A stretch of DNA of 64,000 bases from the human T2T-CHM13v2.0 reference genome, Homo sapiens. Below, piece after piece: positions 26,760 to 39,579 of this stretch. Under the pieces are notes generated by a model. That model worked only from the letters and a program-made list of their open reading frames with translations. It was not told the DNA's origin and made no database searches. The stretch's first letter is position 1. The number at the start of each line of letters is the position of its first letter. A program made the position numbers and the translations under genes. The DNA lies in NCBI RefSeq assembly GCF_009914755.1, contig NC_060926.1; one strand, given 5' to 3'.

Positions 26760-29700
26760 TGAGATGATGTTACAAGTTAAACAGAACTTTCAAGAAAAAC
26801 TCATGAGAAAGGTACATATAATCCAGGAACTCCACTACTAGGTAAATATCTAATACAAAAGTTAACACATGTGAAACAAAACTGAAAATAATGAAAAATT
26901 AATTTACCTGTACATTTATGATTTGTGCACTTTTCTTTGCTTATGTAGTTTAATAAGAAAATATTTATTTAAAATTATTGCAATATATATCACATAATAA
27001 AATAAAATAAAGGATAAAGTATTAATAGATGCAAAGACATTTAATACATACAAAATACATTTTGAAGAATTTTAAACTAAGAAGGACACAATTTTCTTAA
27101 ATCTGATACCAGGTAACACTTAGAGCAAGCATATTACTTCAAGGTGAAATACTATGGTTTTCTCTCTGAGTTTGGAAGACTATAAAACAATTACACTCTC
27201 AGGTTCTATTCACTATTATGCTGAGAGTGTTCTAATGAGTGCAATCAGGCATGAAATAATAAAACTACCAACATTTTGAGTAACTAGGTTGTTAAAAAAA
27301 AAGAGAGAGATAGACACATATTAGTCGACATAACAAGTGAATTTTTAAATGTTACCTGATTAAAAGTCAACCACATATCTGTATTTCAGCAACAATTAGA
27401 AGCTGAGATTTAGAAAATAAAAATATTTAATGAAAAGCACTAAATACCTAAGAATAAATAAAAGTTGTGCTAATCCTCTACACAAAAAAATCAAAAGTCG
27501 TTATCAAGATACATTGAAAAACACTGAAATTTTCTTTTTTCAATAAATGCTGTGGAGTCTCTTGCAAATCTGTATTAAAAAAACAGCCATTGACAATCTA
27601 CTTCCTGCCATACATATAAATAAATTCCAGAGGGACTGTATATTTAATTATGAAATAAAAAATACAATAAATTATTTACAAAATAACATAGGATAATAGC
27701 TTCATGCCTTGGAGGCAGAGACTTCTTTAACATGATATAAAGAACACTCATGCTAAAAGGAAGTAATTGATAAATTTTCCTACATTAAAATAAGAAACTT
27801 TTAATGAAAGCACAATTAGGAAAGTGCAAAGGCCAAGTCATAGAGTATGTATTTAAAACAGACATAATTAATGTGGGGTACGTACATTGAATATATAATT
27901 AACCACCATGAAAAACAATAAAAAAAACCCAACAAACCAAAAGGAAAAGGAACAATTTCAACAGATATTTCCCAAAAGCAGATACCAAAATGGTCAATAC
28001 ATACATAAAAGAATGTTTTCTATTATTAAAAATCAGGGAGGCAAAAATTAATTCCGCAGTGAGATATAATAAAAACTCAGCAGAATTGCTAACATTGATG
28101 AATTATGTAATATGAAAATTTAATGAAGATATGGAGCTATAAAAACTATCTTTTACTGATGATAGAAATAAAGACTCCTATCTTAGAAAATCTATTTGTC
28201 AAAATCTACTAACACTGAATACCAACCCTACGATTTTATTCTTAGGTATGCACCCAATATATATTTGCATTTATGCCCCTAAATCAACAAAAATCTACAT
28301 AACTTTATCATAATAGTTTAAACTATCCTTTTAAACTATATATTACATTTAAGCAACTATGTTTAAAACTTTTGCATTTAAAACTATTAGGTTTTAAACT
28401 TTTAAGTTTTAAACTATTACGTTTTAAAACTTGAAACAACCCAAATGCCCCATCGGCATTATAATGAATACATAAAACAATGTTTTATTTACGCAATTGA
28501 AAACTTTACAGAAATTAAAATGAACACACCAGAGCTGTTCATTGTATTTCCTTTGCTCCTTTGTCAAAAGTCAGTTGGCTATATATATGTAAGTCTATTT
28601 CTAAGCTATCTATTATGTTGCATTCATCCACTTGCCTTTTCTTTCACCAATATTATACAGTTTTAATTACTGTAGCTTTATAGTAAGTCTTGATGTCAAA
28701 TAGTGTCAGTCTTCTGACTTTGTTCTTCTCCTACAATATTGTGTTGGCTATTCTGGCTCTTCTGCCTCTTCAGATAAATTTTAGAATCAATTTATCACGA
28801 TCCAGAAAGTAAAAGGTTGAGACTTTGATTGGAGCTGCCTTGAATTAATAAAGAAAGTGGGAAAGAGCTGCATTTTGTTGATATTAAATTTTTCTATACA
28901 TGAACATGGATACCTCTCCATTTATTTAGTTTTTCTATGATTCGCTTCATCCAAGTTTAGTTTTCCTCATATAGATATTCCACATATTTTATTAGACATG
29001 CCTAAGTATTAAATTGTGAGAGTGCTAATGTAAATACTATTGCGGTTTTAATGTCACATTCTACTTGTTCATTGCTGGTATATAGGAAAGTGATTGACTT
29101 TTGTATTTTAATTTTGTATCTGACAACCTTGCTATAATCACTTACTAGTTTCAAGAATTTTTTATTGATTTTTTCAGACTGTCTACATAAACAATTATGT
29201 CATCTACTATCAAACGTAGTTTTATTTCTTCTTCTTAATCTGGATATATTCTATTTTCTTTTTCTTTTCTTACTGCATATTTAGGACTTCCAGTATGATG
29301 CTGAAAGGGTTTGGTGAGATGACAAAACATTTTTGAAAGAAATGAATGAAGACCTATATGTATGAAGGAGTGCACCATGGTCATGTTTTTCAAGGCAAGT
29401 TGTTGTAAGAATAAAAATTTATCTTAAATTAACTTACAGATTCAGTGAAATCCTAATCAATAACCCAGGCATTACTTTTATGTGTACAAAAAAGTGTGAT
29501 AATTAAAAAGCTGACCACGTATGTATATTTTAATACAAAAAAAGGAACACCACATTAAGACTTATTATACAGTTATAGTAATTAAGACAGTATAATATTG
29601 GGAGTACAATAGAGATATATGCAATAGAACAAAAAGAATGAGCTAGAAACAATTATATATATATGGACATTTGATTTATGACATTGTTGATTCTATAAAA

Positions 29701-30850
29701 ATAGTAAAGAAAAGATAATATTTTCAATGTATGGTATAATTTTTATATAAATATGAAAAAAATTTGACATGCACACCACAATATACGTGAAGCAGTTCCA
29801 GTGGTATTGTAGATTAAACTATAAAAGCCTAAACAATAAAATGTTTATAAAATAAAGTAAAAAAAATACATTCAAAAATTTGGTATGTGGAAGGATTTTT
29901 TAAAATAAGACAAAAACAGTAAATAAGTAAACGTATTGTTACATTTGGCAAAAAAGAATTAGAAAGGTCCTATTATCAAAAAAGAGGGAGAAAAAATACC
30001 ATAGAATAGAAAACATATTTGAAACACATAAATTGAAAGTGATGTACATTAAAAATATAGAAATATTCTTACAAAAACAGGTAACCTAACTTAAAAATGG
30101 GCAAGAAACTTGAATGGTCATCTTTCAAAAAGAAGATGGGCACTTGGCAGTTCAACCTATAAAAAAGTCCTTATTTTATTAGCAATCAGGGAAATAAGAA
30201 TTATCCACCATGAAATACTAATAGGCACACACTAGTCTGGGTAATCATAAAAAGACTGAGAGTAAAAACCTGTGAGTGAGGAAAGGGAGCAATGAGCAAC
30301 TCTTCTTTTGCTGGTGAAGACATAAACTAGTCAATCCGTTTTGGAATATGGTTTACTAAAAATGAGCAGTCATATACTAAATAATTCTATAATTTCTCTG
30401 CTGTGAAATATTCAACAATAGCACACGCACAAATATACAATAAATGTACAAGAATGTTCGTTATTTGTAATATAAACACTGGAAAAACTGTATCATTGTT
30501 AGGATAGATTATCAATAGTAAATTTACTCTTTTTTAACTATAGTTTTTTAAAAATAATGTGATTAAATTTCATAAAAATACTACTAACGGAAAGAAGATA
30601 TACATCAATAAGTAAATCTAGTAAAATCTCACTTATATAGATTTCAAAAACGGCCACATCTACTTTACTCGGCTAGATTCGAAGTAAGGATGGGCAGTAT
30701 CTTTGGGAATATGGAAAGAAATAGCAATCGGATTAGAAAATAGGTGTCTTCTAGAGTGCTATTTATTGATCTCTATGGTTGTTACACTGTACAATTATGT
30801 TTATATGCTCCTCTTTATGTGTTTTCCTTCAACTAAATAATTCAAAAAAT
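26760..30850 (+). mobile_element. Old L1ME-type ORF2/3' fragments, with an opposite-strand L1M piece at about 28530-29325
   Basis: A-rich decayed L1 motifs (AATCAGGGAGGCAAAAATTAA, GAAACAACCCAAATG, AAAAATGGGCAAGAAACTTGAA). The antisense block reads TTACTGTAGCTTTATAGTAAGTCTTGATGTC. Confidence 0.7.
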
Positions 30851-31179
30851 GAATTAGTCTAATTGAGCTAACATGTTTGTTGAAATTTTCTCTCTAGTTC
30901 ATGGATTACAATCTGATTGGTTATTATAGGAAACGATTTTTTTAATTGCAATAAAAACACAATCTCTAATATATAGTAAGATAAAGGAAACTTGATCTCT
31001 GGGCCTCACTTTTCTGAAATAAGGAAGAAAGGAGTTGTATTAAAGAAACTTCAAAGTTCTTCCTTTTGTGTAAGTGTCTATGGAGGACTCATCACTTTGA
31101 AATATGTTTGTTTCAAAGTGTTGGATCTCAGTGATCTAATTTCTTCTTTATTCATAGTATAGAAGTATCTGCTTTATAT

Positions 31180-32410
31180 TATTTATTTTAAAATTAAGTT
31201 CAGATTTAAATACAGTGAAAGGGTCACACCAATCAAAATATAGAACATTTTTATTACCCCAGAATATTTTCTTATGTCTTGTCCAGGCAATCCCTACTCA
31301 CTGGAGCTACCACTGCTGCAATTGTTATAATATACATTTGTTTTGCCTCACTATGAATCTGTTATTAATAGAATTAAACAATATGTATACTTTTGTGTCT
31401 GACTTATTTCACTGAAAATAAAGTTTTTGAGATGCATCCATGCTATGTATTATATCAGTATTTTATTTTGCTTAATTGATAAGTAGTGCCCATTGTTTAA
31501 ATATAGCACACAGTGTTTTTCAAGCCGCCTAATGATAGACATTTGGGTTGCTTCCAGTCTGGAGCTGTTATGAATAAAGTTGTTTCATATTTCTCTTGAG
31601 CAAATACCTGAGTAGAATTTCTGTATCAAAAGGTAGGAATGTTTAATTTTATAAGAAAAAATTTCAAAGAGATTTTCTAAGTATTTTTACAATTTCGCAT
31701 TCTTGCCAGGAATATATGATTTCTTTTACTAATACATGAAATAATCAGAATAGGTAAATCCATAGAGACAGAAAGCAGATTAGTGGTTAGGGCTAACAAA
31801 AGGAGGGAATGTACCTTAGTGGCTACAGGGTCTCCTTCGGGGTCGATGAAATGCTTCTGAACTAGATGGAGGAAATGGTTGCACAACATTGTGACTGTAT
31901 TAAACGACACTGAATTTCACGTTAAAATGGTTAATTTTCTGTTATGTGAGTTTTTTGGTCAATGTAGAAGAATTGGAGATAAAAATTAACAATAATAATG
32001 AAAAAAGAAAAAATCATGCTGAAACATTATGTATATTTCATTAATTTCCCTATTGCCTCTTAGCTTATACTTCTTTGTATTTTTATATCAGTTGCCATAG
32101 GAATTACAATAAGCATACTTACCAAAGTTTACTTACAATTACTATTGTATCACTTCATTTAACATATTTGCTTGACCAGTAAATTTCCATATTCCATCTA
32201 GATATTTTTGTATTTTGCATAATTTATTTTCACTGATAAATCTCATAATACAGTATTGTTATTTTATTTTTAATGGTCAGTTGCTTTTAAAGTGGTAGAG
32301 AGTACAAGCTCACAAATCTTAGTTACCCACATATTTACTACTTCTGGTGCTCTTTATTTCTTTTTGCAGATCCAAATTTCCACGTGATAGTAGCCTCTGC
32401 ATTCTAAAGG
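31180..32410. mobile_element. L1ME pieces (-) flanking an L1MB-type 3' end (+, about 31730-31960)
   Basis: GACATTTGGGTTGCTTCCAGTCTGGAGCTGTTATGAATAAAG is antisense. AATAGGTAAATCCATAGAGACAGAAAGCAGATTAGTGGTT...AAAATGGTTAATTTTCTGTTATGTGAG is a sense L1MB 3' UTR. Confidence 0.7.
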
Positions 32411-34243
32411 ACAGGTTAATTATTGTTACTTAGATATCTAAGTGCAATCTTACTGTCACATTTCTATATTTAGCATGGCTGTGACTTTAGGTTTGAAATC
32501 AAATAGAAAGAGGTAGATGATGAGAAATGATGCTGGAGGAGGAGGAGAAGAATGAAAATATTAAGGTTTCAGATCATGCTAAGGCATGTAAATTCTCTCG
32601 TGAGTTCTACAATAACAAAGATCCCTAAAGGTTGATAGCTTTGTATTATCTTAAGAGACCATCAAAGGGCTAGAATTCTGACTCCCTCTCCTCTGAAATG
32701 TGTGACTGTTAGTAATTATAGACCTTCTCTAAACCTCAATCTCTTTTGTGGTAAAACAGAAGTAAAATATAATGTTTGTTGTTTGGATTAGCAAACCATT
32801 GACATATTATACACTTTTTATGTACACTGGTTCTTTTCCTACTAAGACCAAAAACAAATGACTTGGTGTATCCCCTTTTTAGGAAATGAGTTTTTATTTA
32901 GGAGCATTCTGATATAATCTGAAGGGAAGCCTGATTTCAATAGTAGAATTTCAAGTATCATATTTGGCCAGAAAGCACAGACAGAAGAGAAAAAACTGTG
33001 TGAAGACCAAAACAATATTAATTGTCACTATCTTCATAATATTTAGGGACTATGAAGACTTTCTTTAACTGCCCCAAACTTGGAGATATAAAGAAGCTAT
33101 ATTAAATAGAAAGTTTATGCTTTAGTTTAGAAAGTCATAGATTAGAATCACCACAGTGACACCATTTAGCTTTAAAAGAAGAATTTTCACATTATGAAAA
33201 GCATTTATGGTGCTAATATATGTAAAAACCTAATCCAAATACGTGACTTTATAATTGAAAAAGCACAGAAAACTAGAAGTTGAAGTACAAAGAGCTTCCA
33301 AAGTAGAACTTCTATTCATCATTTATTTGGGTATGTGTGGAGGCTGGAGGAAAGGGGGTTCTATTTTCAAATCACCCAGCTTAATATGACAGACTGCATA
33401 TATCAGAGAATGTGTTATTAAATAAATTGCAATAAAAAAGATAAAATTAATTTTACACTACAGCGCTCCTTCTAAAAACATGTGTGTTTCGTGAAATAAT
33501 TTGATGCTGCTTTCTGAATAAAAAGTGACTTTTTATTCTTGGTATTCTACCAAGTTTGCATCCTGAGGGAAATTAAGCCGACTGTTCACATTTCGTTCAT
33601 ATGTAAATTCTTGTCACCATACATCGCTGTTATCCACAATAATTTAGCAAGCTTACTAGCCTCTGGTCAGTTGCATCCTCCGGGGTCAAGTAGAGTCTGC
33701 TTTAGAAGATTGACCTTGGGTTTGACTGGAGTCTTATGAAAATTTTTAAATGTTAAGTTTAAAATATTTAAAAGTCCTTTTCTTCTTCCTGTAGTTTTAT
33801 GTTCCCAGATAAGTCTTTCTCTCTGTCCAATAAACAAATAAACAAATAAATAAAATTCTAAATATAAATTATAAATGCAAATATAGCATTATCAGTTTTG
33901 TAGTTATACTTGGGGGAACAAGTAGATAAATCAGTGGTTTTGTTTATATCGAAGGACAGAGACTATTATTACATATTTTCTGGAAACGTGTGCTATATTA
34001 TCACAAAGATAAATATCCCCAGTGGATATCTTCCTTTTTCCTCTGGCACAGGCTGGCTTGGTGAGTTATTTATTATATTATTTATTGTCATAATATAAAC
34101 TGTGATATTTTGTATTAAATAACATTGCAAAGTGTAAAGCAAAATGCAAATATTTGCTGAAATTAATACTGCACAATTTTCCCTACAATAATAAACTCAT
34201 AGCAATATTTCAAATCCTCAAAAACATTAGATTGTTACTCCAG

Positions 34244-34425
34244 AAGGCTTCATTCCTGTACTTCCTTAATTCTCTTTTTTTCCTTTCTTCTTTCCTTCCT
34301 GAATTCCTTCTTTCTTGTCTTTATTCCTTCCTTCTTTCCCTCCATCCATTCCTTCATCTCTTATCCTTTTTTAAAGCTTTTCTATCTCTCCCTCTTATGT
34401 TCTTCTCTTTCTGTCTTTTCTTCTA
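34244..34425. repeat. CT-rich low-complexity tract
   Basis: Degenerate TTCC/CTTT repeats. Confidence 0.8.
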
Positions 34426-34479
34426 CTGTACAGAGTCTAAGTCTACAGTGACAAATAAAACAGAGTCCATCCTCAACAA

Positions 34480-35215
34480 TTTCAGGAAATAAAACACTTT
34501 CTCTCTTCCCTCTGACGGTTTGAAAATTAAGCCTATGAAATAAACTGACAGCAGGCAAATTAACAGGAAAAAAGATACACAAATTTATTACATGCATTTA
34601 GGACATCCCAGGAAAGAAAAGTGAATACTTCAAAACCCAGGATGATCTAGAAGGTTGACTAACCTCTTCATAAGTGAAAAGGAAGGAGTGATGTAGGCAA
34701 TTTTGAAGATGGTAAATGATTTTGGAAAAGACGAATGGGTTTTTAGAAGAATAGATAATAACCTGTGACAAAGACTGTCTGGGTGTAGTGTCAATGTCCA
34801 GTCTCTTCTGTCAGCTAATCTTCCTTGGTTGATGACATTCCTGGGGAGGGAGTTTGTGACAATTAAGTTTCTTTGGGATGATCTACTAAGCAGATAAGGA
34901 AAGTTCAGAGAAAGCCCCTTTTTACATTTGCTTTCCCCCAAAGCCCTCAGTTTGAAGTAATTATCATATCAAAGTGGCATACTGAGGGATGGCATGTTCT
35001 GAGCTTTTCATTCCCCCTGTCTAAACCTTTCCTAAAACTTCTACACAGTGAAAGCTGAGCTGATGTCGGTGGAGAGAAAAAAAATTGTTGTTATGTAGCT
35101 GAGTAGTAAGAGATCTGAAAATAGGTCAGTCCAATTAAAGAGTTGTGTCTCATCTCAGACGGTGACATTGCATGTAGGTTTGTATCAAAGTTAGGCCTCT
35201 GTAAGGAAGGAAGTT
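34480..35215 (-). mobile_element. MER34-like ERV1 3' LTR plus about 200 bp of internal sequence
   Basis: On the minus strand the LTR starts at 35010 (TGAAAAGCTCAGAACATGCCATCCCTCAGTATGCCACTTTGATATG), immediately preceded by a polypurine tract AGGGGGAA (35011-35018). Left end approximate. Confidence 0.7.
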
Positions 35216-35224
35216 CTGGCCGGT

Positions 35225-35372
35225 ATCCCAAATACTCCGGTGGCTGAGGCAGGAGAATTGCTTGAACCTGGGAGGGGGAGGTTTAGGTGAGCTGAGATCA
35301 CTGCACTGAACTCCAGCCTGGGTGACAGAGCAAGACTCTGTCTTAAATAAATAAATAAATTAAGTAAGTAAG
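35225..35372 (+). mobile_element. Alu right-arm fragment with (TAAA)n tail
   Basis: GGCTGAGGCAGGAGAATTGCTTGAACCTGGGAG...CTCCAGCCTGGGTGACAGAGCAAGACTCTGTCT, then TAAATAAATAAA. The left arm is absent. Confidence 0.93.
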
Positions 35373-38300
35373 AAAGGTGATGTGATTCCTCCAGTTTTGT
35401 TCTTTTTGCTCGGGATAGCTGTGGCTATTCTGGGTCTTTTGTGGTTCCATATAAATTTTAGGATTTTTTTTTCTATTTCTGTGAAGAATGTCATTGTTAA
35501 CTCGATAAGGATTTTATTGAATCTGTAGATTGTTTTAGGTAGATTGCTTTAGGACATTTTAAAAATATTGGTCTTCCAATCCATGAATATAGAATACCTT
35601 TCCCTTTTTTGTGTCCTTCTTGATTTCTTAAATAATAGTTTTCACTGTAGAGGTCTTTCACTTCTTTGATTAATCCCCAGGTATTTTATTTTATTTATAG
35701 TTATTGTAAATGGGACTGTTTCTTGACTTCTTTTTCAGATTGTTTGATGTTGGCATATAGAAATGTTACTGATTTTTCTATGTTGATTTTGTATTCTGCA
35801 ACTTTATTGAATCGTTTGTAAGTTCTAACAATCTTTAGTTTTTTTCAAATATAAGATCATATCATCTGAAAACAAAGATAATCTGACATCTTTCTTTCCA
35901 ATTGAATGCCTTTTATTTCTGTCTTTTTTCTTGCCTGATTTCTCTAGCTAGGACTTCTAGTACTATGTTAAATAACAGTTGTGAAAGTGGGCATCCTTGT
36001 CATGTTGCACATTTTAAAGAAAAGGCTTTCAGTTTTTCTCCATTCAGTATACTAGGTGACAGACGGTCAAATATGCTTTTTACGCAGTTTTTTAAGGATT
36101 ATTATCATGAAGAGATGTTGAATTTTATCAAATGCTTTTGTAACATCAATTCAAATAATCATATAGATTTGTCCTCCATTCTGTTGATATAATCTATCAC
36201 ATTGGTTGATTCGCATATGGTCAACCGTTCTTGCATTCCTGGGATATATCCCACTTAGTCACAGTAAATGAGCTTTTAAATGTATTGTTGAATGCACTTT
36301 GCTAGTATTTTGTTGAGGATTTTTGCATGAATGTTCATCTGAGATATTGGTCTGTCATTTTCCTTTTGTTCCTTTTTTTTTAGGCCTTTTTATGGTTTGG
36401 GTATCTGGGTAGTACTGGCCTCATTGAATGGGTTTGTAAGTATTTCCTCCTTCTCTATTTTTTGAAATAGTTTGAGTAAAATTGGTATTATTTCTTCTTT
36501 AAATGTTTGGTAAAATTCAACAGTGAAGCCATTGGGCCCCAGGCTTTTCTTTGCTGGGAGACTTTTTTTTATAGCTTTAATCTTGTTACTTGTTATTGGT
36601 TTGTCCAGGTTTTGGATTTCTTCATGATTGAATCTTGGTAGGTTGGATGTGTCTACAAATGTGTCCATTTTATAAAGGTTTTTCAATTTATTGGCATATA
36701 ATTATTCATAGTGACCTCTAATGATCTTTTGAATTTCTGTAGTATTTGTTGTAATGTCTCATTTTTCATGTCTGATTTTATTCATTTAGACCTTTTTTTT
36801 TCTAGTCAGTTTGGCTGTTTGCTGATATTGTTTGTCTTCTCAAAACACCAACTTTTTGTTTTGTGGATCTTTCGTATTGCTTTGTTTGAATTTCATTTAT
36901 TTCTGCTCTGAGGTTTATTATTTATATTATTCTACTAATTTTGGGTTTTGTTTGCTCCTGCTTTCCTAATTCTTGAAGATGTAATATTAGATTATTTAGT
37001 TGAAGTTTTTCTACTATTCCAATGTAGGCAATGATAGCTATAAATTTTCCTCTTAGCACTGCTTTTGCTGTACCTCACAGGTTTTGGTATATTATGCTTC
37101 CATGATCATTTGTTTCAAGAAATTTTTAAATTTACTTTTTAATTTCTTCATTGACTCACTGGTCATTCAGGAACATATAGTTTAATTTCCATGAAAGTGA
37201 ACAATATTCCAAAATTCCTCTTATTATTGATTTCTGATTTTATGCCATTATGGTCAAAGAAGATGCTTTATATAATTTCAATTCTTTTGAATCTTTTAAG
37301 ATGTGTTTTGTGGCTTGACATATGGTCTATTTTTGAGAATGATCCATGTTTTGAGGAGAAGAATGTGTATTCTGCAGCCATTGGATGAAATGGTCTGTAA
37401 ATATCTTTTAGGTCCATTTGATCCATAGTGCAGATTAAGTCCAATATTTCTTTGTTGATTTTTTGGTCAGGATGATCTGTCCATTGCTGAAAGTGGTATG
37501 TTGAAGTCTCCAGCTATTATTGTAATGGGGTCCATCCCTCTCTTTAGCTCTAATAACATTTGCCATATATATATATATATAATATATATATATATATTAT
37601 ATATATATTATATACATAATATATATATATTATATATATATAATATATATATATAGTGCTGAGTGTATATATATTTATAATTTTTACAGTCTCTTGCTTA
37701 ATTACAAATGTATCATTATATACTAACTTTCTTCTTCTCTTTTTATAGTTTTCTTGAAATCTATTTTGTCTGATTTAAATATAGCTACTCTGGCCATTTT
37801 TTGTTTGCATTCTCATGGAATATCTTTTTCATTCCTTTTATTTTCAGTATATGTGTATCTTTTTAGAAGTGTGTTTCTTGTAAGGAACAGATCATTGGTT
37901 CTTGTTTCTTTCATTTACGTAGTCACTCTATGTCTTTTGTTGAGGAAGTTAGTCCATTTCCATTCAGTGTTGTTACTGATAAGCAAATACTATATTTTGT
38001 TATTTGTTTTCTGGTTATTTTGTAATCTTATCTTCTTTCTTTCATTCCTTCTTTTTTTCATTTTAGTGAAGATGACTTTTTCAGGTGATATATTTTAATT
38101 TCTTTCTTTTCATTTTTTGTGTATCTGTTCTATGTTTTTTGACTTGATGTTATCATAAGGCTTACCAATAATATCTTATAATTCATTATTTTAAACTGAT
38201 GACAATGTAACACCGATTGCATAAACAGACAAGCAAAGAGAAAACTAATAAAAATTATACAATTTAACTTCATCTCCATCCTTTTTCAGTTTTTGTTGTT

Positions 38301-39345
38301 TCTATCTATATCTTATTGTATTGTCTATGTTTTAAAAAATTATTATAGCTATTTTTGTCACTTCATCTTGATGTCTTTCTATTAAAGAGTGGTCTACACA
38401 CCACAATTACAATGTTATTATATTCTGTGTTTTTCTCTGTACCTACTATTACCAGTGAGATTTGTACCTTCAGATGATTTCTTCTTGCTTATTAACACCC
38501 TTTTCTTTCATATTGAAGAACTCCCTTTAGCATTTCTTTCGAGACAGGTCTGGTGTTGCTAAAATACCTCAGCTTTTGTGTTTCTAGGAAAGTCTTTATT
38601 TCTTATTTATATTTGAAGAACATTCCATCATATGACTGCAATATATAATACTTTTTAATCCATCCCTTTCCTCTCTATTAAAATATGCTCTAACAAAATT
38701 ATTTTATATTAGTAACTTAGTGGAAAATCTAGTTGTTAAGTTGATGACAGGAAGCTCATTATCTTATTCGTCAAATAGCCTTTTTTTTGCTGTTTGAATA
38801 TACTATTATAGGATTATTTTTTCTTCAGCATTTTAAATATGTCATGCCACTCACTCTGGCATATGTTTCCACTGCACAGTCTGCTATCTGGCGTATTGTT
38901 GCTTCATTGTATATTAGTTGTTTCTTTTCTCTTGCTGCTTTAAGGATCCTTTTATTTTCCTTGGCCTTTGAGAATTTGTATAAAAAAAGGTCCTCAGGTA
39001 GTCTTATTTGGGTTAAACCTGCTTAGTGTTTTATAATTTTCTTGTACTTGAATATTGATATCTTTCTATCTTTCTCTAGGTTTAGGAAGTTCTCTGTTAT
39101 TATGTCTTTGAATACACTTTCTACCCATAGCTCTCTCTCTACCTCTTCTTTAAGTCCAGTGACTCTTAGGTTTGCTTTTTGGGGCTATTTTCTAGATATT
39201 ATAGGCATGCTTTATTCTTTTCCTTTTTCTTTTGTCTCATTTGAGTGATATTTTCAAATAGCCTGTTTCAAGCTCACTAATTCTTTCTTCTGCTTGATCA
39301 ATTCTGCTGTTAAGAGACTCTGATGCATTCTTCAGTATGTCAGAG
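35373..39345 (-). mobile_element. L1MA/L1PB-type element (ORF2 5' two-thirds and ORF1 region), 3' end missing
   Basis: Minus-strand ORF 36390..36686 ([18 protein letters not shown]...[20 protein letters not shown]) is L1 ORF2. The sequence is continuous antisense L1. Confidence 0.9.
37565..37655. repeat. Imperfect (TA)n expansion inside L1
   Basis: About 90 bp almost entirely of AT dinucleotides. Confidence 0.95.
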
Positions 39346-39537
39346 TACCATTATTTTTTAACAGAGGAAGACTGAGAGGAATAGAGCAAGATGATATGCT
39401 ATTCTAGTGAAAAATTATTTGATAAAATGTAGATAATTTTGGAAATTGAGTGATGGCTACCATGTGTATATATCATACTGTTTTTGCTATGTTTAAGTTT
39501 GCTTAAAATTTTTCATTCAAACCCTTACATATACATG

Positions 39538-39540
<3 letters not shown>

Positions 39541-39576
<36 letters not shown>
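39541..39576. repeat. (AC)18 microsatellite
   Basis: Perfect run. Confidence 0.98.
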
Positions 39577-39579
<3 letters not shown>

